DNA from: Candidatus Avispirillum sp.
Lineage (GTDB): Bacteria > Bacillota > Clostridia > Oscillospirales > CAG-272
Length of the DNA stretch: 64,000 bases
Assembly: GCA_045597805.1 (NCBI GenBank)
Contig: JAZLKW010000062.1
Location: 30,083-94,082, forward strand
Direction: 5' to 3'
Positions 62,387 to 64,000 of the stretch are shown here, piece by piece. The position numbers and the translations under genes were made by a program. Each line of letters begins with the position of its first letter. Within the stretch, counting starts at the first letter, position 1. Below the pieces are notes generated by a model. The model worked only from the letters and a program-made list of their open reading frames with translations, had not been told where the DNA came from and searched no databases.

Positions 62387-62484
62387 ATTTATGAATAATC
62401 TAAAATTGTTGTCAAAACGTTGTCACGAGGCTTTTTGAAACCTCGAAAACCCAGTGTTTATGCGGGTTTTCAGCGTTTTTGACT

Positions 62485-63465
62485 TTATTCCCACTCGATG
62501 GTTGCTACCGGCTTGGGTGAGAGGTCGTAGAGGACGCGGTTGACGCCCTTTACCTCGGAGAGGATCCTGTTGGTGATCTTTCCGAGAAGTGCGTAGGGGA
62601 TCTCCTCGATCGTTGCCGCTGTTGCATCTACGGAATTTACCGCACGGAGCACTACCGGCCACTCATATGTTCTCTTATTATCCTTGATTCCCGTTGATTT
62701 GAAATCGGGCACTATTGTGAAATACTGCCATACCTTGCCCTGAAGGCCTGCTGCGGCAAACTCCTCACGGAGGATCGCATCGGACTCTCTTACGGCTTCA
62801 AGGCGGTCACGGGTGATGGCTCCTACGCATCTGACTCCCAGACCGGGACCGGGGAAAGGCTGACGGTATACCATATTATCGGGAAGTCCGAGCGTTTTTC
62901 CGACAACTCTTACTTCGTCCTTATAAAGGAACTTAACGGGCTCTACCAGCTCGAAATTAAGATCCTCGGGAAGTCCGCCCACGTTATGATGGGCTTTTAC
63001 GCCGTCAGACTCCAGAATATCGGGATAAATCGTTCCCTGGGCGAGGAACTCGATGCCCTCCTGCTTTCTTGCTTCCTCGGCAAATACTTCGATAAACTCT
63101 TTGCCGATGATCTTTCTCTTCTGCTCGGGCTCTGCGACGCCTGCCAACTTATCAAGGAAGCGATCTACCGCATCAACATAGATGAGGTTTGCACCCAGCT
63201 CCTCACGGAATACCTTGATAACCTGCTCGGGCTCGCCCTTACGGAGAAGTCCGTGGTTTACGTGAACACACACGAGATTCGTTCCGATTGCTTTGATAAG
63301 AAGTGCCGCAACGACGGATGAATCTACACCGCCGGAAAGTGCAAGAAGAACTTTCTTATCTCCCACCTGTTTTTTGATTGCCTCGATCTGCTCTGCAATG
63401 AATTTTTCCGCCATTTCGGCATTGGTGATTCTCGCAAGAGACTCGGGACGCAGCTGTTTTTCCAT
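62485..63465 (-). CDS. guaA: GMP synthase, ATP-pyrophosphatase/C-terminal subunit only
   Basis: ALSGGVDSSV, QGTIYPD, HHNVGGLP, PFPGPGL, KPVATIEWE; no glutamine amidotransferase domain. Confidence 0.92.
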   Translation of the reverse strand: MEKQLRPESLARITNAEMAEKFIAEQIEAIKKQVGDKKVLLALSGGVDSSVVAALLIKAIGTNLVCVHVNHGLLRKGEPEQVIKVFREELGANLIYVDAVDRFLDKLAGVAEPEQKRKIIGKEFIEVFAEEARKQEGIEFLAQGTIYPDILESDGVKAHHNVGGLPEDLNFELVEPVKFLYKDEVRVVGKTLGLPDNMVYRQPFPGPGLGVRCVGAITRDRLEAVRESDAILREEFAAAGLQGKVWQYFTIVPDFKSTGIKDNKRTYEWPVVLRAVNSVDATAATIEEIPYALLGKITNRILSEVKGVNRVLYDLSPKPVATIEWE

Positions 63466-63540
63466 AATTTCCTCCGTGGTAGTCATATATTTTACAACAA
63501 AATATTTTACAACTACGCCCCCTAAAATGCAATAGTTTTT

Positions 63541-64000
63541 TTAATTATTTTCTTCTTTTTCCGCCTTTTTTACAGCTTTGCGGCGGCGGGAACGTTTTAC
63601 GGGGATGAGCACGGCAAGAGCGACTGCGGCGATGAGAACGATATAGGGCAGCGCGCCTACCACGAACACGAACACGGCGACTATCCCGTCGATGACGTTT
63701 TCGAAGTTGTTTTTAAGGTTCGTTCCGATCTTCTGCCACGTTCCCTGCTCTTCCACCACGGCAGTCTTTTTCACCTCGCGGATACTCAGGTCTACCGTTG
63801 AAAAAACCACAAGGTCGTCGTACGTGCGCAGAGTGGACTGGTTCGATTCGATCTCGTATATGACATCGGTGAGCCTCGAGCGCACCGTTATCATTTCGTC
63901 AACGGTGCGGGCTTCGGCAAGGAGCTTTTCCAATGCTTCCTTTTCCGTTTTCAGCGCGGAAAGGCGGCTTTCCGTGTCCACGTAACGAAGCGTAACGTCG
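63541..64000 (-). CDS. DUF4349-domain protein, 3' part (start outside the window)
   Basis: DVT..YVDTESRL..L..E...L..LL..A..VDE..FSTVDLSI.E, C-terminal TM helix. Confidence 0.75.
   Translation of the reverse strand, partial: DVTLRYVDTESRLSALKTEKEALEKLLAEARTVDEMITVRSRLTDVIYEIESNQSTLRTYDDLVVFSTVDLSIREVKKTAVVEEQGTWQKIGTNLKNNFENVIDGIVAVFVFVVGALPYIVLIAAVALAVLIPVKRSRRRKAVKKAEKEENN

Larger units (their letters stand above)
47264..62497. mobile_element. integrative mobilizable element (~15.2 kb) inserted at the 3' end of guaA
   Basis: Direct repeat TTATTCCCACTCG at 47264-47276 and 62485-62497 (last codons of guaA); integrase, xis, relaxase, repressor; AT-rich cargo. Confidence 0.9.

Noticed and set aside
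47264..62497. Self-transmissible ICE or prophage
   Set aside because: No type IV secretion, coupling protein or phage structural genes lie between the att repeats.

Overview
Chromosomal window from a Clostridia-type (probably Oscillospirales-like) Firmicute; the taxon is inferred from gene content and promoter style. Positions 1-46.6 kb are mostly housekeeping: spoVB-like flippase, tRNA-Val, rpsT, lepB-rbgA-rnhB-yraN-thrC, tig-clpP-clpX, xpt with a BMP-type nucleoside ABC transporter, asnA, udp/darA/chromate-transporter cluster, tRNA-Leu, metF-metH and argF. Positions 47264-62497 are a ~15.2 kb integrative mobilizable element in the 3' end of guaA, bounded by a 13-bp direct repeat and carrying a tyrosine integrase, MobV relaxase, AAA ATPase and repressor. 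Its AT-rich cargo looks defensive: three proteins with an HEPN-type RxxxxH motif, a SIR2-like protein and a TIR-like protein. The most unusual signals are non-coding. (1) A promoter-driven 93-nt tRNA-shaped RNA with a 20-nt hairpin inserted in its anticodon loop lies 22 bp upstream of an HEPN-motif gene. (2) An orphan type II tracrRNA sits back-to-back with a one-spacer CRISPR mini-array, with no cas genes in the window. (3) A structured leader RNA with a terminator precedes an AMP-ligase/SIR2 pair. (4) A mirror-symmetric array of mini-hairpins follows tRNA-Leu. (5) A low-GC gene is bracketed by two palindromic sites like a gene cassette. All protein calls come from motif recognition by eye; no database searches were run.
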